From: Aggregatilineales bacterium | GTDB lineage: Bacteria; Chloroflexota; Anaerolineae; Aggregatilineales; Phototrophicaceae | Assembly (NCBI GenBank): GCA_038258185.1 | Contig: JBBSQD010000006.1 | Coordinates: 279-64,278 of the forward strand | Reading direction: 5' to 3' | Length of the DNA: 64,000 nt | In this document: positions 57,101 to 64,000 of the stretch, in pieces | How the letters are laid out: each line of letters begins with the position of its first letter | Numbering within the stretch: the stretch's first letter is position 1 | The notes under the pieces: model-generated | Told to the model about the DNA's origin: nothing | What the model saw: only the letters and a program-made list of their open reading frames with translations | Databases searched by the model: none | Translations under genes and position numbers: made by a program

Positions 57101-58608
57101 CCGACGATGCCAGCGCTGTGTCACGGGTAGCCCGCAACAGCATCGCACCGATCATCCTCAATCTGTTTAACCGGGGGATTGATTTCGCTTTTGCGGCCTT
57201 CATGCTGCGCACATTGGGGCCGCAGGAAGCCGGTTTATATCAGTACGCGATTGTGATTTTCGTCTGGTTTGATATTTTCACCAACTTCGGCCTGAACACC
57301 TTTTTAACCCGTGAGGTCGCACGTGATCGCAGCCGCGCGGGTTATTACTTCTGGAACACCAGCCTGCTCCGCTTGATTTTGATCGTGGTCGGGGTATTGC
57401 CGCTGGTGCTGTTTTTGGGGGCACGCCAATCGCTAGTGCAGCCTGCGCTGGATTCCACGGCGCTGCTGGCGCTCGGCCTGCTCTACATCGGTCTGCTGCC
57501 CAACAGCCTTAGCACTGGCATGACCGCATTATTTTATGCGTTTGAGAAAGCCGAATATCCCTCTGCAGTATCGACTATCGCGACCATCAACAAAGCCGTT
57601 TTCGGTGTGCTGGTACTGGTATTGGGCTATGGCATTATCGGGCTGGCCTCAGTGAGCATTATCACCAACCTGCTGACGCTGGTGATTTTGCTGGTGGGTG
57701 GTCGGAGTTTGTTAGCTTCACATCCAGACGCCGTTGCACCAACCACGCGCCTCAGTCCAGCGCTGATCCGCTCGCTGGTGGGCGAAAGCTGGCCGTTAAT
57801 GATTAATCATTTTCTGGCGACGATCTTTTTTCAGATTGATGTCGTGATTATCGAGTTCATCCGTGGCGCACGGATGGTCGGGCTGTATAGTGTGGCTTAT
57901 AAATGGGTGGCCGCTATTAACGTCATACCGGCCTTTTTCACGATGGCGATGCTGCCTGTTATGTCGCGTCAGGCCAGCGAGGATAAGGAATCGCTCAAGC
58001 GCACCTATACCCTGTCTATCAAGCTGTTGACCGGCATTTCGATACCGGTAGCGGTGCTGTTCACTTTCCTGGCCTATGATCTGACGTGGCTGCTGGGTGG
58101 GGCGGAATATCTGCCGGACAGCGCCATCGCCACGCAGCTCATGATCTGGAGTATTCCGTTTGGCTGGGTCAACAGCCTGACACAATACGTTCTGATTGCA
58201 CTGGATTTACAGCGGCGTATCACCTGGGCATTTATCGTCGCGGTGACCTTTAACATCGTCACCAATATTCTTCTGATCCCGCAATATGGCTATCAGGCAG
58301 CAGCCTTCACAACAATTGCTTCAGAGATGCTGCTGCTTATTCCTTTTGGGGTGCTTCTGACACGTGCTATTGGGCGCTTAAACTGGCTGGATATGGTCTG
58401 GCGGCAAGCTCTGGCGGGTGGTGCCATGATTGGGGTGATGTGGATCAGCCAGCCGCTGCCTATCCTGTTGGGGTCGATATTGGGACTGCTGGTATATATG
58501 CTGGTATTTGTGTTTTTACGGCCTCTCAGCGCTGAGGAAAGTCAGCGTTTGTTGCCATTATTACCAGCAAAAATCAGACCAGCAAGCGCTCGTATACTGG
58601 AACGTTAG
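54184..58608 (+). CDS. Giant fusion membrane protein: YfhO-like (GT-C type) N-terminal ~960 aa + Wzx/MOP-type polysaccharide flippase C-terminal ~500 aa
   Basis: The N-terminal LVSDLVLQNMQWKIFTRDNLVQGEIPLWNPYQFSGIPFLA is the YfhO pattern, followed by a large extracytoplasmic domain. From about residue 975, VARNSIAPIILNLFNRGIDFAFAAFMLRTLGPQEAGLYQY plus about 12-14 helices is typical of Polysacc_synt flippases. The ORF is continuous. Confidence 0.75.
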   Translation: MMRARLPDIGIIALLFLLPLVIFWPQTLGGRTLLPTENLYQYEPYATYREVVKAPTVPHNHLVSDLVLQNMQWKIFTRDNLVQGEIPLWNPYQFSGIPFLAAGQQSALYPFSLLYYVLPLPAAYGWFTVVQMWLAGVFMYLFLRGLGFIGRFGGMVSAVTYQLSAFFVINAVFPMIMASAVWLPLLLLMVEFIIRQRPLLGRASSVPWVAVGALALGCNIFAGHVEITYYTLLISGYYAAARLGIEWWRNRQSSAPALEFNRFLLTRAAWLAAMVALGISLGAAQFIPLFEFASMNWRGERDSIDQVLSYAHPARDVLQFAMPNFYGSPAHHTYFDWFTFQTTPVTINAFGDAITNTEWGMKNYVESALYVGILPLALALFTLITAFRSPRPEGEGSGVRVYVLIFTLLALFGLTFMFGLPTYRLIYLLPGINQLNSPFRWIFAVTVSVAVLAGIGADALVRPLPNPSSRRDAPQPPAERGKLWAKRFGLILAGTGLLTLVGLVLSRVLYPQLEPLVERVLNSMATPDGSTAASRFASPQMFYSYQFTNVLMFGLFTLGAGSIFWWATRDANSVRTGHALSVGAITLIALDLMVASWGFNPASDPALLDFTPPSIQWLQEQPGHWRYTTLQDPNQPPLFNANMTWRYGLRDVRGYESIIPRAYVETMRQLAPQPQLDFNRVAPLYTDYAPLGIDFDYRTALESPILQQLGIRYLITASDFTLPEDLTTPYDERFMPSWGLAYEDEAVRIWTNGNFAGAHIVYELDSFAGPGAAEITYDSGRVKILEAQINQPVWLWLSETYMPGWRAYIRPWGTEQDAEMPLTVERVLGNWQGVHIADVNSLIDQTIEAGTAPQTFYLNAIHTAIEAGDAQRVETLINQLADFISTNPPEIFGDLNEQIQTAIDAWGNSSNTDLTQRDRESGLTQLRQANWIIRLVYSPQSFQLGIFASFISLVLVMFMVGVWLWRRYIAPDTDDASAVSRVARNSIAPIILNLFNRGIDFAFAAFMLRTLGPQEAGLYQYAIVIFVWFDIFTNFGLNTFLTREVARDRSRAGYYFWNTSLLRLILIVVGVLPLVLFLGARQSLVQPALDSTALLALGLLYIGLLPNSLSTGMTALFYAFEKAEYPSAVSTIATINKAVFGVLVLVLGYGIIGLASVSIITNLLTLVILLVGGRSLLASHPDAVAPTTRLSPALIRSLVGESWPLMINHFLATIFFQIDVVIIEFIRGARMVGLYSVAYKWVAAINVIPAFFTMAMLPVMSRQASEDKESLKRTYTLSIKLLTGISIPVAVLFTFLAYDLTWLLGGAEYLPDSAIATQLMIWSIPFGWVNSLTQYVLIALDLQRRITWAFIVAVTFNIVTNILLIPQYGYQAAAFTTIASEMLLLIPFGVLLTRAIGRLNWLDMVWRQALAGGAMIGVMWISQPLPILLGSILGLLVYMLVFVFLRPLSAEESQRLLPLLPAKIRPASARILER
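55349..55386. repeat. In-frame copy of the GC-rich repeat family inside the YfhO-like region
   Basis: The reverse complement of cccctcgccctgagggagaggggtcaggggtgagggtc aligns with 42622-42660 (ccctcacccct..cccctctccc..ggcgagg). It is translated as SPRPEGEGSGVRV. Confidence 0.7.
55568..55626. repeat. Second in-frame GC-rich repeat-like insert
   Basis: gacccctccccaacccctcctcccgcagggacgctccgcagccgccagcagagaggggc shares the gggttgggga..gagggg and agaggggcaaa cores with 42715-42741. It is translated as RPLPNPSSRRDAPQPPAERGK. Confidence 0.55.
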
Positions 58609-58943
58609 TTGGCTTTATCCGCATTAGTTTCGACGGTATTTTTTTCGCTGAGCGGGCGAATTTGCAGCGACAGGCTGTTCAGCATCCGACCTACATAGGG
58701 ATTAGCGAGAACCGGCATCTTTTCGCTTTCGCCGTCCAGTTCCAGTTCACAGTGATAAATCGTGACCAGACGCACACCGGCGTGCCAGTATTCTTCCAGA
58801 AAAACTGTTTCTTTCAACATCCACCCATCATTTAAACGCGTCATAAGGGCATCCCCACCCGCGTATTTTTCCGACTCTGCATGCCAGTGGCGGGTGACAT
58901 CCATATAATCGAAGTGGGCGTTCAGTGAGTCAAACATAACCAT
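58605..58943 (-). CDS. Hypothetical protein (112 aa)
   Basis: The ORF is convergent with the giant gene and overlaps its stop by 4 nt. I recognised no family. Confidence 0.5.
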   Translation of the reverse strand: MVMFDSLNAHFDYMDVTRHWHAESEKYAGGDALMTRLNDGWMLKETVFLEEYWHAGVRLVTIYHCELELDGESEKMPVLANPYVGRMLNSLSLQIRPLSEKNTVETNADKAN

Positions 58944-59477
58944 TGCATTGCTCCTTAACCTTATTTAACTTAATCGGGCGATTTTAGAGATTTGATTTGT
59001 CTAAAGTATATAACTGCCAGATTAACGCTGTTTTAAAAAGACTTTAGGACAGTCAATGATCTTGATTATCCTTATTTTACATCGGACGACACAGCAGGTC
59101 ATCTTCAGACGTTTACGAAAAACAAACTCTTTCTTGCAGCAGTTTTACCAAAAACTACCACAGCACCTTGCCCAACTGATCATTTCTATCTTATCTATAA
59201 TCGTATTAGAAATCTGTCTTTTTGTAAAAAATGCACATTAATTACTCACACTATATAACTATCTGCATTTCAATTTGCCTGTAACAGGGCGCAATTACGC
59301 TCAAAGAAATAGCAACCGTACAGATACCCATGAAATGTTAGATTGAGTTTAACACCACCATCGAGAAAAAGGCGGAATTTTCGTTCGAAATCACCAAACA
59401 AGTTGCTGTAGATAAACAGCCCATAAAAGCCCCTTTTCGCAGATTCTGGCAGGTCTTGAAAAGCAGGTCATGGGTCG

Positions 59478-59486
59478 TGCTATAAT
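59478..59486 (+). promoter_or_regulatory. Extended -10 promoter element (TGcTATAAT) upstream of asnS
   Basis: tgctataat lies at 59478-59486, about 50 nt upstream of the asnS start. A possible -35 ttgaaa lies at 59456-59461, but the spacer is 19 nt. Confidence 0.4.
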
Positions 59487-59535
59487 CAGGCGATATTCCC
59501 ATTCGGTTAAAATGTACGTAAAAGGATAGATAACC

Positions 59536-60873
59536 TTGACAACCCCCATCCTTATCGCTGATATTGCGAATTATGACGGTCAGGAAGTGACGCTGCGCGG
59601 TTGGGTCTATGATCGCACAGATAAAGGACGCTTACAATTCATCAAAGTGCGGGATGGTTCCGGCATTGCTCAATGCGTGGCCTTCAAAAAGGAAATGGCC
59701 CCGGAACAGTTTGATATCGCCAGCAAGCTGGGCCAGGAATCCTCGGTAATGATTACCGGTACCGTGCGCAAGGATGACCGCGCCCCCGGTTACCCCGGTG
59801 GCTATGAAATGGGCATCAGCAAGCTGGAACTGATCCAGCAGGCCGAGGATTACCCGATTACACCCAAGGAACACGGCACTGAATTCCTGATGGATAACCG
59901 CCATCTGTGGCTGCGTTCAAACCGCCAATGGGCCATCCTGCGTATCCGCGCGACGATTGTCAATGCCATGCGCAACTGGCTGGATGATCATGGTTATCTG
60001 CTGGTTGATACGCCGATTATCACCCCGGCAGCCGGTGAAGAAACCACGACCCTGTTCGAGATTGATTACTTCGGCGAACCGGCTTATTTAGCCCAGACCG
60101 GTCAACTCTATAACGAAGCCAATATGGGCGCGTTTGGTAAGGTCTACTGCTTTGGCCCCACCTTTCGCGCCGAAAAATCCAAGACACGCCGCCACCTGAT
60201 GGAATTCTGGATGCTGGAGCCGGAAATGGCTTTCTTCAATCTGGAAGACCTGATGGATATGGAAGAAGAGTTTGTCAGTCATATTGTCAGCCGCGTGCTG
60301 GAAAAACATCGGCCGGAGCTGGAGATTATCGAGCGCGATATCACCAAGCTGGAAAAGATCACCTCACCATTTGCGCGCATCAGTTATGACGAAGCGGTGG
60401 AGCGTTTGCAAAAGCTGGCGGCGGAAACCGATGACCCTGAGCAGAAAGAACTGCTGAAAATCGAATGGGGCGAGGATTTCGGCAGCCCGCACGAAACCGC
60501 CATTGCGGAGATGTTCGACAAACCGGTATTTGTCTATCATTATCCGACCGCGATTAAGGCCTTCTACATGCAACCCGTGGAAGGTCGTCCGGAAGTCTGC
60601 CGCAGTGTCGACCTGCTGGCGCCGGAAGGCTATGGCGAAATTACTGGTGGGAGTGAGCGCATTTACGATCAGGAACTGCTGGAAAAACAGGTCGCCACGA
60701 TTGGCCTGCCACGTGAAGCCTATGCATGGTATCTCGATCTGCGCCGTTTTGGTAGTGTGCCGCATGCCGGTTTTGGCATAGGTCTGGAGCGTACTGTCGC
60801 CTGGGTGTGTGGTCTGCCGCATATCCGCGAGACGATCCCCTACGCACGCATGCTCAACCGCAATTATCCATAA
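59536..60873 (+). CDS. asnS: Asparagine--tRNA ligase
   Basis: Class IIb architecture of about 445 aa. Motif 2 is FGPTFRAEKSKTRRHLMEFWMLEPEMAF and motif 3 is GFGIGLERTV. TTG start with aaagga upstream. Confidence 0.9.
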   Translation: MTTPILIADIANYDGQEVTLRGWVYDRTDKGRLQFIKVRDGSGIAQCVAFKKEMAPEQFDIASKLGQESSVMITGTVRKDDRAPGYPGGYEMGISKLELIQQAEDYPITPKEHGTEFLMDNRHLWLRSNRQWAILRIRATIVNAMRNWLDDHGYLLVDTPIITPAAGEETTTLFEIDYFGEPAYLAQTGQLYNEANMGAFGKVYCFGPTFRAEKSKTRRHLMEFWMLEPEMAFFNLEDLMDMEEEFVSHIVSRVLEKHRPELEIIERDITKLEKITSPFARISYDEAVERLQKLAAETDDPEQKELLKIEWGEDFGSPHETAIAEMFDKPVFVYHYPTAIKAFYMQPVEGRPEVCRSVDLLAPEGYGEITGGSERIYDQELLEKQVATIGLPREAYAWYLDLRRFGSVPHAGFGIGLERTVAWVCGLPHIRETIPYARMLNRNYP

Positions 60874-60973
60874 GGACATTCATGCGGGGGCTTGGTACAA
60901 AACAAGCCCCTGACGGATTCTTCACCTTAACATCCTCTACATCTAGCGCTTAAAGCGGACACTCAACCAAATT

Positions 60974-62878
60974 ATGCGTATTTATCGCCTCACACCCTTT
61001 GCCCTGCTTTCGCTGCTGCTCATTCTCATGGCAGCGGCGTTTGTGCGTTTCAGCTATCCCGGCACAGTCGAATTCAAACATGACGAGGCAACTCTCTCGC
61101 TGCTGGCACTGGATTGGCTGCATGGTGGCGCGTTCCCGGTCACCGGGATGCCCTCATCCGTCGGCATCCCCAACGCCCCGGCCAGCGTTTATGTGATAGC
61201 GCTGCCATTTGGCCTGGGGCTGGATGCGCTGGGGGCGACGCTGTTTATCGCGGCGTTGAATGTGGCGGGCGTGGGGCTGTTGTGGTGGCTGGCTTACCGT
61301 TATATCGGCTTCGCTCCGGCTTTGATCGCCGGTTTGATCTACGCGCTGAATCCGTGGGCGATACTGTACAGCCGCAAAATCTGGGCGCAGGATTTTCACA
61401 CACCGCTATTGTTGCTGGCGCTGATGCTGGGGCTGCTGGGCTTCTGGGAGCGCAAACGCTGGGCGCAAGTCTTATGTTTGCCCGTTTTTCTATTCGCGCT
61501 GCAGATCCATTTCGCCGGATGGGTGCTGCTGCCCTTATATGGTTGGCTGCTGCTTACATCGGGACGGCGTATTTCGCCATTAGCCCTGATGGTCAGTGCA
61601 TTGCTAGGCATAGGAGTGCTAATTCCATTTGGACTCGGTATCCAGCAAACAATGGAAAGCGAGCCGGAACGCATCACCAATGTTCTGAATCGCTCTGGTA
61701 GTGATGATGGATTGAGCCTCAGCCCCGACGCGCTGGTCTATACGCTGGCGCTATCCACCGGAACAGGAATCGAAAATGAGGTAGCCGCACCGCAGTTTGA
61801 ACCGTCTCTGCCACGACTCACCGAAATCTGGATTACATTGATCGGTGGCGCGGCAATCATTGGCTTGATCGCGGTCTGGTGGCGCGATTGGCGACTGGCG
61901 GGTCTGGTCTGGTTATGGGCAGCGCTGCCACTGTTGGCTTTTACCCCGCAGTGGACAGCGATTTATCCGCATTATTTTATCGCCAGCATCCCGGCCTATG
62001 CGCTGCTGGTCGGTATCGGCGTGGGTGTACCGTTTGCACAGATCAAGAGCTTGAGATTTATCCGCGGCGCGGTAATCGCGCTATTTTGCCTGCTGCCGCT
62101 ATCACAGGGACTCTACTGGTATGAATTAATCGCCTATCTGGATACGACTTATACGCCGGGTGGCTTTGGCCCACCACTGGCGGATTTACTGGCAGCCCGT
62201 GACGCATTGACAGGCGAGGATGATGTCGTCATTCTGAGTGATGGCTTTGAACGCCTTTACGATCAGGAGCCGGTGATCTGGTCGGTATTGCTGGATAGCC
62301 GCGCGGATTGTGTCCGCACGCTGGACGGCAACGACTCCAAAGCGCTGTTTCCCGCAGGCGCGTTTGCCGTGCTGACTGCGCCGAATGCCCCTGAAAATCC
62401 AGTTGGCGGCCTGTACGGTGCGGGTCAGCCAGAAATTTATCAGTTGCGCCCCGGTGAGGGGGATTACACGCTTCACAGATTTGCGGCTGCACCGGCCTGG
62501 GATGGCCCGGTGCTGGCACAGATTGCGCCGCTGCGTTTTGATAATGGCGCACAACTCACCGGTTATTATCTGTCGGGTAATCAGGTCTATCTGGACTGGA
62601 AGCTATCCGGCCCTGTTGACGCGGATTATCAGTTTTTCGTGCATCTGCTGGATGCCAGCGGCGAGCGCATTGCCCAGCAGGATAGCCGTTTCTGGCCGGG
62701 ACGTTTCTGGTGTGCCGGTGATCGTCTGATCACCTGGACAGCTATGGAAATTCCAGCGGGAACCGAGACATTGCGCGTCGGCCTGTATCGGCTGGTCAAT
62801 GGCGGTTTCGTCAACAGCAACCTGCTCGACTCTGCGGGGAATGTGCTCAATCCGTGGGCGGATATCCCCCTGAATTAA
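60974..62878 (+). CDS. Glycosyltransferase family 39 / ArnT-PMT-like GT-C membrane glycosyltransferase
   Basis: The first-loop acidic motif is FKHDEATLSLLALDWLHGG. About 11 hydrophobic helices are followed by a ~200-aa C-terminal soluble domain. Confidence 0.75.
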   Translation: MRIYRLTPFALLSLLLILMAAAFVRFSYPGTVEFKHDEATLSLLALDWLHGGAFPVTGMPSSVGIPNAPASVYVIALPFGLGLDALGATLFIAALNVAGVGLLWWLAYRYIGFAPALIAGLIYALNPWAILYSRKIWAQDFHTPLLLLALMLGLLGFWERKRWAQVLCLPVFLFALQIHFAGWVLLPLYGWLLLTSGRRISPLALMVSALLGIGVLIPFGLGIQQTMESEPERITNVLNRSGSDDGLSLSPDALVYTLALSTGTGIENEVAAPQFEPSLPRLTEIWITLIGGAAIIGLIAVWWRDWRLAGLVWLWAALPLLAFTPQWTAIYPHYFIASIPAYALLVGIGVGVPFAQIKSLRFIRGAVIALFCLLPLSQGLYWYELIAYLDTTYTPGGFGPPLADLLAARDALTGEDDVVILSDGFERLYDQEPVIWSVLLDSRADCVRTLDGNDSKALFPAGAFAVLTAPNAPENPVGGLYGAGQPEIYQLRPGEGDYTLHRFAAAPAWDGPVLAQIAPLRFDNGAQLTGYYLSGNQVYLDWKLSGPVDADYQFFVHLLDASGERIAQQDSRFWPGRFWCAGDRLITWTAMEIPAGTETLRVGLYRLVNGGFVNSNLLDSAGNVLNPWADIPLN

Positions 62879-62967
62879 ACACCCTACGAATCGACTACGG
62901 TCTGCCCAAAACCATGGTTTGCTATCTATAATAGTCTTTCAATCTTCGTGACAACGAGGTAATCAAA

Positions 62968-64000
62968 ATGAAAATGAGCTTTCTAAAAGTATGTTTGCTG
63001 CTGGTTCTGGCTTTAAGTGTCAGCGCGGTAGCAGCCCAGGATGATCCACTCACACCCGCGCAGGCGACAATTAACGCGCAGGTTGAGGCGCGTTTTACCG
63101 CAACTGCCGCCGCGGCAGATGTCGACGAAGCCCTGCAAGCGACAGTTGACGCGGCTTTCTACAGCGCGTTAACCGCCACGCAGCAAGCCATGAGCGAATC
63201 AACTGCTGATCTCACCAGCGCGACCTGGACAGTGACACCTACGCCCAGCATCACGCCAACACCGGATGCGGACGCACTGCGTTTCCTGGCCAGCAATGTC
63301 GCAGTGATTGATGGTGGCCTGTTCCAGATGGGCACGACTGCCGGAGAAGTCGCGGCAGCGGTCAGCCTGTGTATTGATGAGCAGAATGGCAATTGTACGC
63401 TGGCGATGGGTGAAGATTCCGCGCCGATCCACAGTGTCACCCTGAATGCCTTTGAGATCGAAGTCACCGAAGTGACCTATGCGCAATATGTCGCTTTTCT
63501 CAATAGTATGGGTGCTGGCAGTCATTTAGGCGGCTGTGACGGTCAGGCCTGTTCACTCACCAGTAATGAGGATGAAAACGCGGCGGTCACGCTGCAAGGG
63601 GAACAATATGTCTTCCCGGAAGCCATCCGCAACGTGGCCGTGAGTAATGTCACGTGGTATGGGGCGAAGGCTTACTGCGAGGCCATTGGCCGCCGCTTAC
63701 CTACCGAGGCCGAATGGGAACGCGCTGCCCGTGGCGGTGATGCCCGGATTTACCCCTGGGGTGCCGACTGGGATCCGATCTACGCCCGTACCAGCATCCC
63801 CGAAGATGGCAATATCGGCGCACTGCCCGTAGGCAGTTATCCGTTTGGAGCAAGTCCCTTTGGTGTGCTCGATATGGCCGGAAACGTGGCGGAATGGGTC
63901 AGCGACTGGTACAGCCCGGATTATTACCGCAGCCCGAATGCCAGCGGCTTAAACCCAATTGGCCCCGCGGCTGGAGATCAGAAAGTCGTGCGCGGTGGCT
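62968..64000 (+). CDS. Secreted FGE/SUMF1-domain protein (runs off the right edge), paralog of 29316..30794
   Basis: Manual translation from ATG 62968 (GAGG upstream) gives the signal peptide MKMSFLKVCLLLVLALSVSAVAAQD. It continues VTWYGAKAYCEAIGRRLPTEAEWERAARGGDARIYPWG, GNVAEWVSDWY and VVRGG, and stays open to 64000. Confidence 0.85.
   Translation, partial: MKMSFLKVCLLLVLALSVSAVAAQDDPLTPAQATINAQVEARFTATAAAADVDEALQATVDAAFYSALTATQQAMSESTADLTSATWTVTPTPSITPTPDADALRFLASNVAVIDGGLFQMGTTAGEVAAAVSLCIDEQNGNCTLAMGEDSAPIHSVTLNAFEIEVTEVTYAQYVAFLNSMGAGSHLGGCDGQACSLTSNEDENAAVTLQGEQYVFPEAIRNVAVSNVTWYGAKAYCEAIGRRLPTEAEWERAARGGDARIYPWGADWDPIYARTSIPEDGNIGALPVGSYPFGASPFGVLDMAGNVAEWVSDWYSPDYYRSPNASGLNPIGPAAGDQKVVRGG

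Noticed and set aside
59056-59241. 61-aa ORF in the AT-rich gap before asnS.
   Set aside because: It has no RBS, low-complexity Ile/Leu-rich sequence, and its reading frame is typical of AT-rich DNA. I kept it only as a note under the intergenic finding.
1-64000. Looked for rRNA, tRNA, tmRNA, SRP/RNase P RNA and CRISPR arrays in all intergenic gaps.
   Set aside because: I saw no cloverleaf-compatible segments (for example a GGTTCGAATCC-type T-arm outside coding sequence). I also saw no regularly spaced direct repeats. This was by-eye inspection only, so a tRNAscan/Infernal/CRISPR-finder run is still advisable.

Overview
This 64-kb chromosomal segment carries about 60 protein-coding genes on both strands. 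I saw no rRNA, tRNA or CRISPR array by eye. The background is a little over half G+C by eye. Three visibly AT-rich islets interrupt it at about 12.5-13.6 kb, 19.6-20.7 kb and 23.3-24.7 kb, plus one lower-GC IS element. The gene content suggests a Chloroflexota-like bacterium, which is inference only: F420-related genes (a CofE-like ligase and a Ddn-like reductase), repeated FGE-sulfatase-domain proteins with Thr/Pro-rich linkers, a Flp pilin, and PSPxGEG-type short repeats.

Most of the window is ordinary metabolism, envelope and signalling:
- malate synthase A and a formamidase-family amidase
- PhhA/PhhB, CcdA/TlpA, an ABC-F ATPase, AsnRS and Pcm
- two OmpR-type response regulators, one with an adjacent histidine kinase
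- several hydrolases and methyltransferases

The items most worth a second look are:
1. A DarTG-like macrodomain/DUF4433 ADP-ribosyltransferase pair (34634-36612). The gene order is inverted, the genes share an ATGA overlap, and the transferase is enlarged.
2. A single-gene, strongly AT-rich islet (23507-24652) encoding a polytopic membrane protein fused to an HsdR_N-type PD-(D/E)xK module.
3. A SelW/Rdx-like gene (49592-49870) with an in-frame TGA at the CxxU position and a SECIS-like hairpin downstream.
4. A 1474-aa fusion of a YfhO-like membrane protein with a Wzx-like flippase. It carries in-frame copies of a short GC-rich repeat that also occurs intergenically at 42.6 kb.
5. clpB split by a single-base frameshift.
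6. An intact IS5-family element with 16-bp inverted repeats.
7. An ABC-F gene preceded by a uORF plus a terminator-like attenuator.

All family calls rest on motif recognition by eye. No searches were run.
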